A DNA stretch of 64,000 bases from positions 45,384,001 to 45,448,000 of the forward strand of contig OZ024740.1 of assembly GCA_964016885.1 (NCBI GenBank). The letters run 5' to 3'. The position numbers and the translations under genes are program-made. Of this stretch, positions 50,974 through 64,000 are shown one piece after another. Position 1 is the first letter of the stretch. Each line of letters begins with the position of its first letter. This stretch comes from Eledone cirrhosa. Its lineage: Eukaryota. Below the pieces are notes generated by a model, which saw nothing but the letters and a program-made list of their open reading frames with translations, ran no database searches and was not told the DNA's origin.

Positions 50974-51795
50974 CTGGAAATAAATCAATAGAAAAAAAAG
51001 TTTAACATTTCAATTAATACAAACAAATATTTTGATTAAAGTATAATGAAAAGAAAATGGGAAATAAATAGTTTTGTATCAAAGGACCAAAAACAGTCCT
51101 TTGCGTGTTGGTGTTGAAACTTGTCAGAGCAGTAAGGTCACAGCAGCGGATGTATACCTTTCACTGACTTTATTCTCAGATTTTGAAATATGGAGTACAA
51201 TATCATCTTATAGATTTTTAAAATAAACTATTCTTAGTGAAGGCTAATTGTTCAAGATTGCACTATTTATAAATAAATCTTCACCAAGAATAGTTTGTTT
51301 ACAAAATATTTAAGACGATATTGTTTCATACCTCAACATTTGGGTGTGAGTATTGACGATCTGTAACAATAGTGAAATAGATGCATCCACCACTGTTACC
51401 CTGATACAAAGGTAGCTATGACATGCCCACAGCAAGTCTAAATATATATTTATTATACATAAATATATTAGTGTTTCATATATACCTTCATTCAGAATCA
51501 CAATGGCTTAGTTCTATTGCTAAATTGTTGTATGTGAATAAATAAATTTCAAGATAAAATTATGAATAAAATTAAATCATGAGAAATGATAATTTTTTTT
51601 CCTTTACACATCAGAATATGGTGAACAATACAGAATCCTAGATTCATAGATTACAATTTTAGTAATATATTTATTCTTCTTCTTGATATTATACCATGTA
51701 TATAATTAGATACAATATTTGTATAGAATGTCTTTTTTATCTTCATTCGAGTAATTTACTTATTGTGAAATGTGAGATTAAAGGTAGGTGTTTAC

Positions 51796-52272
51796 CAAAT
51801 ATCAGCCGGAAGTTCACTAGTCTTCATCACAGTCCTTGAAGCTCTCTCAAAATAGTTCAGATCATTTGACCCCAGAGAACTGTTGTAAACAGGTGACTTA
51901 TCCATCATTATGGAGTTTGTAGCACTGACCGAACTGACTTCAGAATTTGGAAACTTAGGACTGACTGAACTGACCACAGAATTTGGAGGCTTGGAACTGA
52001 CTGAACTGACCATGAAATTTGGAGGGTTGGAATTGACCATGGAATTTGGAGACTTAGAACCGACCACAGAATTTGGAGACTTGGAACCGACCGAACTGAC
52101 CATGAAATTTGTAGGCTTGGAACTGACTGAACTGATCACGGAATTTGGAGACTTGGAACAGACCGAATTGACCATGGAATTTGGAGACTTGGAACTGACT
52201 GAATTGACCACGGAATTTGGAGACTTGGAACTGACTGAATTGACCACGGAATTTGGAGACTTGGATGTATTG
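51796..52272 (-). CDS. Pcl: Polycomb-like, exon with 36-bp coding minisatellite
   Basis: CCTCAG acceptor, GTAAAC donor; 477 nt, symmetric phase 2; about 10 SKSPNSVVNSVS-type units. Confidence 0.72.
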
Positions 52273-53078
52273 CTGAGGGTAAATATGAAAAGAGTCAATA
52301 GATTAATTAATGTTTATTAACATCTTTGTAAGTTGTGCCCCAGCATGGCCGCAATCTAATGACTGAAACCAGTAAAAGAGTAAATCATCATCATCATCAT
52401 ATAACATCTATTTTCCATGTCTGCATTGGAGAACCACATCTTGCTCATATGTTCCATATTTTGGTACAGATTCTACAGCTGGATATCCTTCCTAAGACCT
52501 TATCATGGTACCAGCACTACTATTTTACAGAGTGTACTGGGTACATTTTATCATGGCACCAGTACAACCATATTACAGAGTGTAGTGGGTGCATTTTATC
52601 ATGACACCAGCACCACCACTTTACAGAGCGTACTGGGTACATTTTATAATGGCCCCAGCACTACCACTTTATAGAGTGTACTAGGTGCATTTTATCATGG
52701 CACCAGCACAATCACATTAAAGATTATACTGGGTGCATTTTATTGTGGCACCAACATTATCACTCTACTGAGTGCATATGACATTAGCACTACCCCTTTA
52801 AATAGTTGAATGATGCATTTCATTGTGGCACCAGCACTAAACTTTACAGAGGGTACTGGATATATCATATTATGACAGCATCACTACAACTTTACAGGGT
52901 GTACTGGGTGTATCATATTGTAACAAAAGCACTATCACTTTACAGAGGGTACTGGGTATATTTTATCATGGAACCAACTCCACCATATTACAGAGTGTAC
53001 TGGGTGTATTATATTGTGGCACCAATTCCAAAAACACATGAATAAATAAAAATTAGGTATATTTTCTTAAAAACTCAC

Positions 53079-53234
53079 ATTTTTGTTTTTCGCCTTTTCA
53101 TTTGTAAATTGTTCATGACATCATCGTTAATTTGCCCATTGATTGGGAAATCAACCGGTGGTGGTGTTGGAGGTATACGTAGACGTAAGCCCCATAGACT
53201 TCGACTTTTCTTTATTTCTCGGCCACACTGGAAT
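53079..53234 (-). CDS. Pcl: Polycomb-like, exon (end of EH winged-helix domain)
   Basis: FQCGREIKKSRSLWGLRLRIPP, compare [28 protein letters not shown] donor. Confidence 0.9.
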
Positions 53235-54019
53235 CTTTGCAAAAATATCAAACATTTACATAAGGAAATGTTCTAAGTTAAACCCTTTTGATAACAACCC
53301 ACCCAAAACATCCTCTGGTTCTATGAAACAAAGCCAATTATTTTAAAATTAAAATCTTCTTTGCCCACTTATTCCTGGAAGGGCCATGGGAGCAGAGTCC
53401 TCAAACATGCCTTCCAAAGTGTCCTGTCAAAAGCAAGTCTCCAATTGATCCGGCTGGATCCCCAAGCAAGACCAGCCGAGCACATGGATGTTATTTAACC
53501 ATCTTGCTCGGGGTCTACCCCAGGGTCTCCTGCCAGTTGGTTTTGCCCCTAATATCTGTCCAGTGATTCTTTCCTTAAACATTCTAACCACAAGTCCATA
53601 ATATCAGAGCTGTGATCTCTCAGTTTGGAGAAGTAGCATCTCTACTTGAAGTGAATCCATGATCTCTGATCTATGCACTCTATCAAGTAACATTTGTTAC
53701 TCCAAAGACCCTTTGGAGGAACTCCATTTGGGCCTCTTGTATTTTTAAATAAAAATCTTCCAGCATAACTTTATATAAGAGCCATTTGTTAAGTTATTAT
53801 CTTAGTAATGAAATATATAATGATTTTAGCAAATCCTTCAAAATTCTTCATTAATAGTGTATTTCATTAGAAATAGGGTCACAAAAGTGTTCCTACATAA
53901 ATTGAAATCCAACATAATTTCATATAAGAACCGTATGTTAAATTACTATAATTCTTCATTAATTAGTAAAAACAGAATATCATAGCATAGTTTATAAGGA
54001 AATAAAAAAAAATATTTAC

Positions 54020-54087
54020 CTTTTCTTATGATTCCTTAAAGTTTCCAACATTTTTACTTTCTCCTGACTTCGTAGGTGTGTTTCCAG
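54020..54087 (-). CDS. Pcl: Polycomb-like, exon (EH domain)
   Basis: LETHLRSQEKVKMLETLRNHKK; TGTTAG acceptor, GTAAAT donor; phases fit. Confidence 0.85.
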
Positions 54088-55554
54088 CTAACAAGATAGA
54101 AAATAGGTTTAGTTTACACGCACATAGAATAAAGGGTACAATTTACCCCGAACCTTTGCTACAAGGGACAAAAACAGACATTAAATGATGGTGATGATTT
54201 CACAGTTTATTTCAATTATATCATATAATTCAATTGTTTTTTAATACTTGCAATGTTTGAAAAACTATCAGTATATATATACATACACACATATACACAA
54301 GCATTTAATCCACCCTGTAAGGTGGTTGTGCTGGTGACACAATAAAAACCATCCAGTGCACCCTCTCAGATGGTTGTTTTGGTGCCATGACAAAAAGTAC
54401 CCAGTCAACTCTGTAGTTGGTTGTGCTGGTACCATGAGAAAAAAAGTACCCAATCAAACCTGTCAGATGGTTGCTTTAATGCTGTAATGGACTGGCTAGT
54501 TCCGTATAAGCATGGCATGATCACCTGACCCATCTAGTCAATACAAGCATGGGAAATGATGTTAAATGGTGATGATGACACACATTACACGCTTCCACAA
54601 GGTCACTTAGTCTGCTTGAAATAGCTGTTAAATTTTCTTTAAAAAACCCACACTAGTGTCTTAAAAAATGAAGAACACAAATAAGGTAATTTTAGATGTA
54701 TAGTCTGAAAAAAAAAATGGCTGGAAATAACTGGAAGATTATATGTGCATAGTTCAACTGGGGAAAATTAACAACTACTTTATATCATGTAGTTGTTACA
54801 TCTCTGACTTATGTAGGTTAAGCTGAACTCCTATGTGGTTGCATCTTACAGGTTTTTTAGATGTTTTAGTGACAGCAGCCCTAGTACTATCATATTGTTG
54901 TTGTTACAGCTCACATCTAGGTAGGTTTAGCTGGCCTCCTATAAGGTTGCATCTCATAGGAAGTTTTTGGGGAGTTTTAATGACAAAGTCCTCATGTCTT
55001 ATCATGAACAGACTAGACACTAGTTCATTGCAGCAATTAACCACAAGCTGTGGCTGGTCATAATTTTTTCCTCATCACAGTGGACTGGGGCATAGAAATA
55101 TCAGGTTCAAGGAGACAATGTTCTGTCCAGCCCAGGAATTGAACCCATAGTCTTATGACCATGTTTCCAACACCCTAACCACTAGGCCACAGTGTTGCCG
55201 GCTGAAATAGTTTGAGAGGAATCTTCAGTTAGAACAAACACATAACTTCTCCAGTGTTGATACCATAAAACACACCCAGTACAGCCTGTAAAGTGGTAGT
55301 GCTGCTGCCATGAAAAAATACACCCAATACACTCTGAAAGGTTGTTGGCATTAGGAAGGGCATCCAACTATAGAAAACATGCGAAATATGGAAAGTTGCG
55401 TGAAAGTTGAATGTTATACGATGATAAATGATGATGATGAGCAAGACAAGGTTGTACCAAGCTGCCTGGTTATGGACCATGAGAACCTGTGTGAAAAGTG
55501 AATGTTAAATAATGATGATGATGATGATGATGAGTGTTAACAAGTGTTTTTTAC

Positions 55555-55678
55555 CAAGTCCAACTGCAGATTTTGCCAATTCATATACACCCAAGGCATT
55601 ATTACTTTATCTAAGTCGTAATATTTTTTCTGATGAAGAATATATAAATTGAACAAGGCCAATTGAGCAACATCAATC
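55555..55678 (-). CDS. Pcl: Polycomb-like, exon (EH domain)
   Basis: (W)IDVAQLALFNLYILHQKKYYDL...NWQNL, compare [22 protein letters not shown]. Confidence 0.92.
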
Positions 55679-56495
55679 CTAGAAATAAAAGAAAAGAAAT
55701 ATATAGAAAAATTACAACTGTAAGAAAAATATTTTGAACAATAATATTTTCAAATTATTTCTTTTACTGGTTTCATCAGACTGTGGCCATGCTGGGTCAA
55801 TACCTTGAAAATATTTATCGATCATATTGACTCCAGTATGTATTTTTTAAAGTAGGTATTTATCTTTTTTATTTTATCTCTTTTTGTAGTCCTATATTTG
55901 AGTGTATATGGTATGTTACTAAAATCCCTCCAAATCCTAGATTATTTTGAATTTTATTAGAAAACCATTAGAAATGTGGTAATGAAAGAGTTATAAATGA
56001 TACCATAAAAAGTGTTCAAATTAAAAATTAAATCTTCCATCACAATTTTATGTAGGAAATGTTTTAAACACCAAAACCAAGGATAAAGTTAATTATACTA
56101 CTAAATTCCTCTAAACTTTTAATTATTTTAAAATTACAAGCAGTGTCTTTCATTAGAAATATTGTAATGAAAGTTAAATACAAAAAGAATTTAAGTACTT
56201 CAAATTTAATACATGTAATTATATATATATATATATAGTTTATTCTAGCTTTTAGAATAGGTACACCATATCTCTGAATATAGTAATAGATGACAAAGGG
56301 TTGGTGTCAGGAATGGCATCTGGCAGCACAGAAAAGTGAACGTAAAACCAACAATGATGATGATAAATCATTTACAAGAAAAGAAAACGTTCTAAATAAA
56401 TAAAAAACAATATTGTTTCATTTAATACAAACCATACATAAAGAAAAGTTAAAATGAAAAATTAAACACTTTTTTGCATCAATCATTTTACTAAC

Positions 56496-56607
56496 CATTT
56501 TAATGGGATACGTTTCAGATATTCTGGACCCGAATTGCAGAAGGAACAAACAAATAGAAAGAATCTATCACCATACAACAAAGGCTGATCTAGGCATTGT
56601 ATACAAG
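56496..56607 (-). CDS. Pcl: Polycomb-like, exon (PHD2)
   Basis: [36 protein letters not shown]. Confidence 0.95.
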
Positions 56608-56942
56608 CTGAAAACAGATCAAAAGAAATTAAGGTTTAACACTTCATTTTAAATATTAAATATTGCATAAAGATTCTTAAACAGCATATAATTTAAATTA
56701 GAAAATTACTTTTAATCCTTTTGCTACCAAACTGCACCTGTTTTAAAGTGTTCATATTGAAATTTAAATCTTTCGTTATAATTTTAGATAAGTAAATTTT
56801 GTGAAGTTATGCTCAAAACACAAGCTTAATAATGAGAAGTTAGTGATATTAACAAATTCCTATAAGTTCTTAATTATTTTCAAAATGATTAAAAAATTAT
56901 AGGCAGCCTCTTTCATTAAAAATATGCAGTGTCATTAGAAAT

Positions 56943-57550
56943 ATAACAAAAGGGTTAACTTAATTCTTATGATAACAAAAGGGTTAACTTAATTCTCATA
57001 ACAAAAGGGTTAACTTAATTCTCATGATAACAAAAGGGTTAACTTAATTCTCATGATAACAAAAGGGTTAACTTAATACTCATGATAACAAAAGGGTTAA
57101 CTTAATTCTCATGATAACAAAAGGGTTAACTTAAATCTCATGATAACAAAAGGGTTAACTTAATTCTTATGATAACAAAATGGTTAACTTAATTCTTATG
57201 ATAACAAAAGGGTTAATTTAATTCTTATGATAACAAAAGGGTTAACTTAAATCTCATGATAACAAAAGGGTTAACTTAAATCTCATGATAACAAAAGGGT
57301 TAATTTAATTCTTATGATAACAAAAGGGTTAACTTAATTCTTATGATAACAAAAGGGTTAACTTAATTCTCATGATAACAAAAGGGTTAACTTAATTCTC
57401 ATGATAACAAAAGGGTTAACTTAATTCTCATGATAACAAAAGGGTTAACTTAAATCTCATGATAACAAAAGGGTTAACTTAATTCTTATGATAACAAAAG
57501 GGTTAACTTAAATCTCATGATAACAAAATGGTTAACTTAATTCTTATGAT
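56943..57550. repeat. 29-bp satellite (GATAACAAAAGGGTTAACTTAATTCTCAT), about 21 copies
   Basis: Direct inspection. Confidence 0.95.
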
Positions 57551-58463
57551 TGCAAATAGTTTTAAAATATTGTAAAAAAATCACAGAAGGTACAATGCCC
57601 CAGCCTGCTCTATGTAGTGCAAGTACCTATGTGTGTGGCAACCTGTCTAACCCATGCAAGTAAAGAAAATAGATGTTAAATGGTAATGATGATGCATGAA
57701 TGAATTTATACAACATTTATTATGACTTTCTGAAAAGATGCTAAAAAACAACAGTGAATTCAGTTGTTTGCTGAATTTAATTCTCATTCAAACCACTGAA
57801 GGTCTACTTGTAATGAAGAATATGAATGTATTGAAAAACAACAAAATTGGGGTAAAGTAAGGTAGAAAAATCTATGGCTTAAGTCAACTTTTGTATGGCT
57901 GTAGCACGAATAACTTAAGGCAGCAAACATTGGCAGAGATATTAGACTTAGGTAAAAGGCTTTATGGTATCTATTTTGGCTCTCTGCATTCTGAGTTTAA
58001 ATCTCATTGAGGCTAGCTTTGGTTTTCCTCTTTTTGAAGTTGATAAACAAACACCAGTCACATACTGGAGTTGATTTCACTCCTCTCTCCCTCACTCTGT
58101 AAGAAATAAGATATACTCAACGATGGAAGAGAGGTGAGACATGCCAGGTTTAGATGCACAAAGTTAAATAATACTGACTACACCTATATTGAATTAAACC
58201 AAAAATAAAGTACCAGTCTAGTGGACTATTACTTTATTTAGTCACCCTGAAAAGATGGAAGACAAAGTTGGCCATCGCAGGATTTGAATGCAGAACTGCA
58301 ATACATCTGGCTAAGCATTCTCTCCACCACTCACTACAGATCACAATAACATCTTAAAAGGATTCAAAATTCATTTAGCTTAAAATTATTTCTAAAGAGA
58401 ACAAAATAAATTAACCATAGTGATAGATGTTAGGAGTTATAGCGATGGACGTTAGGGACTTAC

Positions 58464-58516
58464 CTTCATGGAACCACATTCGGCAGCGACAGCACTGGAG
58501 CATCTTAATGTACCAA
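58464..58516 (-). CDS. Pcl: Polycomb-like, exon (PHD2)
   Basis: WYIKMLQCCRCRMWFHE; TTGTAG acceptor, GTAAGT donor. Confidence 0.95.
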
Positions 58517-60269
58517 CTACAATTACAGAAGTAAGTAAAATTTTAGAATACTCTATAAAAGTTTATAACAGTAAATGTGTTTACAGATCTCACATTCTTT
58601 ACAAAACAGTATATATAAATCACAAAGGAGATGACACAGGGTCGAGATCTCTGGCGGCATGCACAAAATGAAATGAAATAAATATGCAGAGGACACACTC
58701 ATCTACACAAATCCACCACTACCCTAATCTCCCTAGTTTTAATAACCTTTCACCTGCTAAATATCTCACACACATAATCGATGTTGAACTTGCTTACCTG
58801 CACCCCCTCCACTTGATACATTTTGCCTGCCCAACTCATGCATAGAAGTATGAAAGTTGGGCATGTTCGACATCTGATCTCCCATAATGCTGTTGACAAA
58901 AGCACAACGTCCACCTTGTATGCTGATCCAGTGCCACAACAAAAGCACCTAGTCCACCCTGTAAGGTGGTCGTGATGGTGACACAAGAAAAAGTACCCAG
59001 TTCACACTGTAACGTGGTCGTGATGGTGACACAAGAAAAAGCAGTCAGTCAAACCTGTCAGTTGGTCGTGTTAGTGACACGACAATAAGTAACCAGACCA
59101 CTCTGTAAGGTGGTCATGTTTGTGATACAACAAAAAGCACCCAGCTCACCCTGTAAGGGGATCGTTTTGGCACCACAAAAAGCACCAAAGTCCACACTAA
59201 CGTGGTTGGTGTTAGGAAGGGCATCCAGTCATAGAAACCAGGCCAAAATGAGATCTGTATGAGCATGATGTAGTCTCTGGACCTGACTTTTCTCATAACA
59301 TGACAACCCGTCATAAATGGACATTAAATAATGATGATACATATATATATATATACATACACACAGAGTAAATGTATTTACTGGATATGTTTACAAAATA
59401 GGGTGGTTGTATGCCGTTACTACACTGTTTTCTATAATCAAACATATAGTGAAAGCTGCTAATCCAATTCAATTTCCCTAACATTCACACACTACTCATA
59501 CATTTACCTGTTCTCTGCTTATCTGAACTTTCCTGATGAAGGACTTCTATTCAAAACGTTGAACCCTCTTCCATTTCCCTCAAGTGAAAACCTAATATAA
59601 CTATACTTTTACATTCTTGTGTTTATGTGTGTGTGTGCTTGTTCCTCATTCATTTCAAACCTAAAATAGTGTCACTATAGTAATACCTAAAGTAGTATTG
59701 TATAGCATAGCACTACTATACAGTTCTGTTGTACTATATTGTACTGTATAGGATTGTTGCACTATACTATATAATATAGTACAACAGTACTGTAGAGAAC
59801 ACAAAACTGTAGCATCAAGCATCAGAACTAAAATTTCTACTGCAAACCTCCAGTTTTTACTTATATTTTGTAGAAAATGATACACACACCAATATGTGTT
59901 TGATGACCATTTTCCACACTAAATCAAGGGTTATTTAACCTTGGACCCCATGGCAGACTTTATATTGATTATGGCACCCTTTTAAGGCAATATTTGACAG
60001 TTGAATGCCCTTTTAGCCAGTGCTTACGACATGCAAGGTACTACTTTAAACCAGATACACACAATATGTCAAATATTATTTTCTTTCTAAATCAAGAGAC
60101 TTTATCATTGGTCTCTGGTCATATATGGACAATCACACTAGTTAGTGTGCCACATAAATACTATAATACGCAGTTTATAAAAGCAAATCTTATAAGAAAA
60201 GAGGAAGATCATCACTTTATGCCCATTTTTCTACGCTGGCATGTGTTGGTTAGGTTGTTACAGACTCTA

Positions 60270-60690
60270 GTGCTGGTGCTATGATGATAGCATAACAACC
60301 ACTTTAGTGCTGGTACCGTAATGATAGCATAACAACCACTTTAGTGCTGGTACCATGATAACATAACAACCACTTTAGTGCTGGTGCCATAATGATAAAA
60401 TAACCACTTTAGTGTTGGTGCCATAATGATAAAATAACCACTTTAGTGTTGGTGCCATAATGATAAAATAACCACTTTAGTGCTGGTGCCATAGTGAGAC
60501 CATAACTCCTCTAAAGCTGGTGCTAAAACAACCATTTAAGTGCTGGTGCCACAACACACTCTCTAGTGCTGGTGCCATAACAACTACTTTAGTGTTGGTG
60601 CTATGATGATAGCATAACAACCACTTTAGTACTGATGACATAACAACCCTTCTCTAGTGCTGGTGACACAACAACCACTCTAGTACCACT
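60270..60690. repeat. About 31-34 bp diverged tandem repeats (TAGTGCTGGTGCCATAATGATAAAATAACCACTT)
   Basis: Direct inspection; lies inside a (GAT)n-tailed retroposon. Confidence 0.85.
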
Positions 60691-61042
60691 GTCTGTAAAG
60701 TAGTTGGGATTATGAAAGGTCTCCTGTTGTAGAAATGGTACCAAGAATGGCATATATGAGCAAGGCATGGTTTTCCAATTAATCTAGGAAGGCAGTGACT
60801 TTGAATAAAGATTCAGACAGTGACAGCCAGTTCAGCCAATGTCAGTATGGGAAGCAGATATAAAATGATGATGATGTCAACTGTTAGACATACAACCTTC
60901 TCTAAATAACAGCAATGATGATCAAAGTTAATATTCCAGAATGACCAAAGCAACAATGAATTGCTAACTTCTCCCCTACTAAAAAAGAAATGAAATATTT
61001 ATGAGAAAATCCATAACAAAAAAAAAACAAAAAAAAACTCAC

Positions 61043-61119
61043 ATGCCAGGACCACCACAATAACAATAGCTCTGTTCAAGATTGGTTTTATGCTGGGCAT
61101 CCCATGTTAACTCATTCAT
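61043..61119 (-). CDS. Pcl: Polycomb-like, most upstream exon in the window (start of PHD2)
   Basis: [25 protein letters not shown], compare [22 protein letters not shown]; CTTCAG acceptor, GTGAGT donor. Tudor and PHD1 exons are expected beyond 64000. Confidence 0.95.
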
Positions 61120-61207
61120 CTGAAGAAAATAACCATCAATAAAGCAATTTGAGACCAGATACACACGTGTTTATATTTATCTAAAAAAAACCTTCCATCA
61201 TAATTTT

Positions 61208-61332
61208 ATAATAATAATAATAATGAAATTATTGTGTACAGTGCTCAGGTGCACTACAACTCATCAAAGGTGTATGTATAGTACATAGAATAATGTACAA
61301 ATGTCAGGAAAATGAACAGTGTATGAGTCATG

Positions 61333-61335
<3 letters not shown>
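61208..61335 (-). mobile_element. CR1-like 3' terminal fragment
   Basis: Matches the 3' UTR of the other CR1 copies; (ATT)n tail. Confidence 0.85.
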
Positions 61336-61374
<39 letters not shown>

Positions 61375-64000
61375 AATATTGTGTACAGAGCCCAGGTGCA
61401 CCACAACTCATCAAAAAGTGCATGTACAGTACATAGGGCAATGCACAAACATCAGGAAAATGAACAGTGCACGAGTCATGATACACACGTGTGCATGTGT
61501 ATGGAAGGGGTACATCAGGTGTAGTTTTGGCATATTTCGGGAAGCGTGAGTGTCTTAAAGGATGTAGTGTCTCGGCAGCTAACAACTGACGCAGGCAGTT
61601 TGTTCCATGCTTCAGCATCACAGAGCGTGAAAAAATGTCTACGAAAGTCATGGGAGCTGTGTTGTTTTCTGATTTTGTAGGCATGTCCACGTGTGTTAGT
61701 CACATGGAGATCAAAAAGGTGCTCAGGGTTGCAATTGGCGAGATGGTTAATAACTTTGTGGGTATTTTACCAAGTCCATTGCCAGACGTCGGAGCTTCAA
61801 TGAATCCATGCCCAGGGAAGCAAGGCGTTCAGAGTATGGTAGGTGTCTGATGGAGGGTATGCGCTTGGTTGCACGTCTCTGAACAGTTTCCAGGAGGTCA
61901 ATGTTCTGAGCAAGATAGGAGTTCCAGACTGATGATGCGAATTCCAAGTGTGGTCGTACCATAGCTGTATACAGTTTTGAATAGATGGCTTGAGAGCGGC
62001 TAACAAAGGTCTTGCTGAGTGATGCCAAGACACCCTCGGCCTTCTTGACAATCTTAGAGACATGCTTTGTCCAACGCAAATCGCTGCTGACAGTAATGCC
62101 CAGGTCACGTTCACAAGAGGACTTCTTGATATCAGTGTTGTGGAGGGAGTATGTGGATGCTGGATTTTTCCTCCCAAAATGCATGGTGGTACACTTGTCC
62201 ACAGCCAGCTTCAGTTGCCAGTCTGTGATCCATTGCTGCATTGTGTCCAGGTCTGATTGTAGGAAAGAGTTGTAGATTTCAGGATCAGTCCTTTTGATTT
62301 CAAGGTACAGCTTGATGTCATCTGCATATTTCAGTACCGTGGCATTCTGTAAGTTGGCATCTATGTCATTAATATATGCCACAAACAAAAGGGGACCAAG
62401 AACAGATCCCTGTGGTACACCAGATGACATCTCATATGGTGAAGAATGCTGTCCTAGAACCGTGACTACTTCTTTTCGGCTGAGAATGGAGGATTTCAAC
62501 CAGTCGAAAAGATCATCCCTCACACCCATTGCAGAGAGTTTTGCCATAAGTCTTTTGTGTGGCACAGAATTAAAAGCTTTAGCAAAGTCAAGGTAAACAA
62601 CATCCACCCATGAGCCGCTGTCAGTGATCCGGGTGATGTCTTCAAGGAACTCGATAAGCTGATCACAGCAGTTGGAGTTAGGGATAAATCCAAACTGTGA
62701 GGGCCAGATGAGGCTGTGACAGCTCCAGAATTTCCAAAGTGTTTCTCTGACACAGGATTCCATCAGTTTGGCCATACAGCTAGTAAGACTGACTGGACGA
62801 TAGTTGACAGGTGACATGCGGTTGCCCTTTTTGAACAGGGGAATGACACTGGCAGTTTTCCACTGCTCCGGAGTAGCACCATTGTTGAGACAGTATTGAA
62901 AGAAGAAAGAAAGCTGGCGCAAAAGGAAATACCCGCCACGTTTGAGAAGCAGGTATGTAACACCATCAAGACCATTGGGAGGCATAGTTGCGCTTATTCT
63001 TAAGGTGACGTCGCAACATTGCAGGTGTAAATTCCATAGTTGTTATGGAATTTGATGTTGGAGATGGTACATTCTGGTTTTCAACAGTAAAAATACTTGC
63101 ATAGCACTCAGCAAGGAGTTCTGCGCATTCTTTGGGATCGTCAGTGATCTGGCTTGTGTGGGGATTGCGAAGAGGACCAACTGGAGAGTGAGGTCTCTGC
63201 TTTGAATGAACATATTTCCAGAACACCTTACCGTCAGGATTGGTTGCTATGCACTGTTCAAATTCAAGCACTGCCTTCTTTGTCACTTGCTTGAGATGGT
63301 TAGAAGATTTATTCCGCTTTTTTCTGTTGGCATTTGATTTATGCAGTTTATATTCCCGTTCAGCGTTCCGACGTTCTTTCCTGGCAAGTCGGACCGCTGA
63401 AGTTTCCCAAATTGCACTTTTGGGGTGGTTTTTTTTCTGCTTACGTGGCACCGATGCTGCACACGCTATCCATATTGAGTCCAGGATGCTCTGGAGTATA
63501 GTGTTCACATCTCCAGAGTTATACATCTCATGCCAGTTTGGGCGCTGTAGCTCAGTGCAGTACAAGTTCCAATCTGCTTTCTTCCAATCAAAGCAAGCAG
63601 ATTGGAGATGTCTCTGGTTTTTGTTGCTGCCCTCAATTGCCAGATTGGCAATGATCATAGCATGATCAGAGTCGCCTAGAGGTTCCTCAGTAGTACAACT
63701 GATAACCACTTCAGAAAAAAACTTCTTCCTGTGATTCGTTCAAATCAACGCAAGGAATTACCGAAAAGTTTGAACGAACGTAGACCATCACACCACCACC
63801 ACGGAGATTAATGCGGTCATTGTGGAAAAGGTTGTACCGAGTAATGCTGAAAACCCCATCACAGAGTAAGGAATGTGCCCATGTTTCTGTGACTGTGATG
63901 AAGTCAGAGTCGATGCTTCTGACGTAGGATTCAAACAGATGTATCTTGTTGCATAAACTGCGAGCATTTAAGGACAACAATTTGTACCGTGCTCGCAGTT
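61336..64000 (-). mobile_element. CR1-like LINE (second subfamily) in a Pcl intron, running off the window
   Basis: Endonuclease and RT ORFs (YADD intact) with frameshifts and an internal deletion; long (ATT)n tail. Confidence 0.95.

Noticed and set aside
51910-52320. 136-aa plus-strand ORF (TEFGDLELTELT repeats)
   Set aside because: Antisense shadow of the 36-bp Pcl coding repeat; splice and phase evidence favours the minus strand.

Overview
Eukaryotic, AT-rich, repeat-dense animal DNA. The repeat repertoire (tRNA-headed SINEs, (GAT)n-tailed retroposons, CR1 and RTE LINEs, Helitrons, TTAA-MITEs, long (TA)n tracts) suggests a coleoid cephalopod such as Octopus; this is an inference, not a database result. 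Two spliced host genes were rebuilt by hand with GT-AG sites and consistent phases. One is a 5-exon TMEM72-like membrane protein on + (CDS 38523-45161, 179 aa). The other is the last 9 coding exons of a Polycomb-like gene (Pcl/MTF2/PHF19 family) on - (61119 to 48947), which continues beyond the window. The rest is mostly transposon debris: Merlin, Tigger/pogo, hAT-Buster, Helitron, CRE, CR1, RTE, a solo LTR, SINEs, MITEs and minisatellites. Most unusual signals: (1) a perfect 666-bp palindrome with a type I hammerhead ribozyme on each strand, carrying a compensatory U3-A8 core and a long stem II, plus three other hammerhead-like relics; (2) a G_GGA_AAC slippery site joining CR1 ORF1 to an ATG-less ORF2; (3) a KSP-repeat coding minisatellite exon in Pcl; (4) tandem divergent CRE endonuclease domains; (5) a local one-directional A/T-to-G/C shift at 11.0-11.7 kb. 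All family assignments rest on motif recognition; no searches were run.
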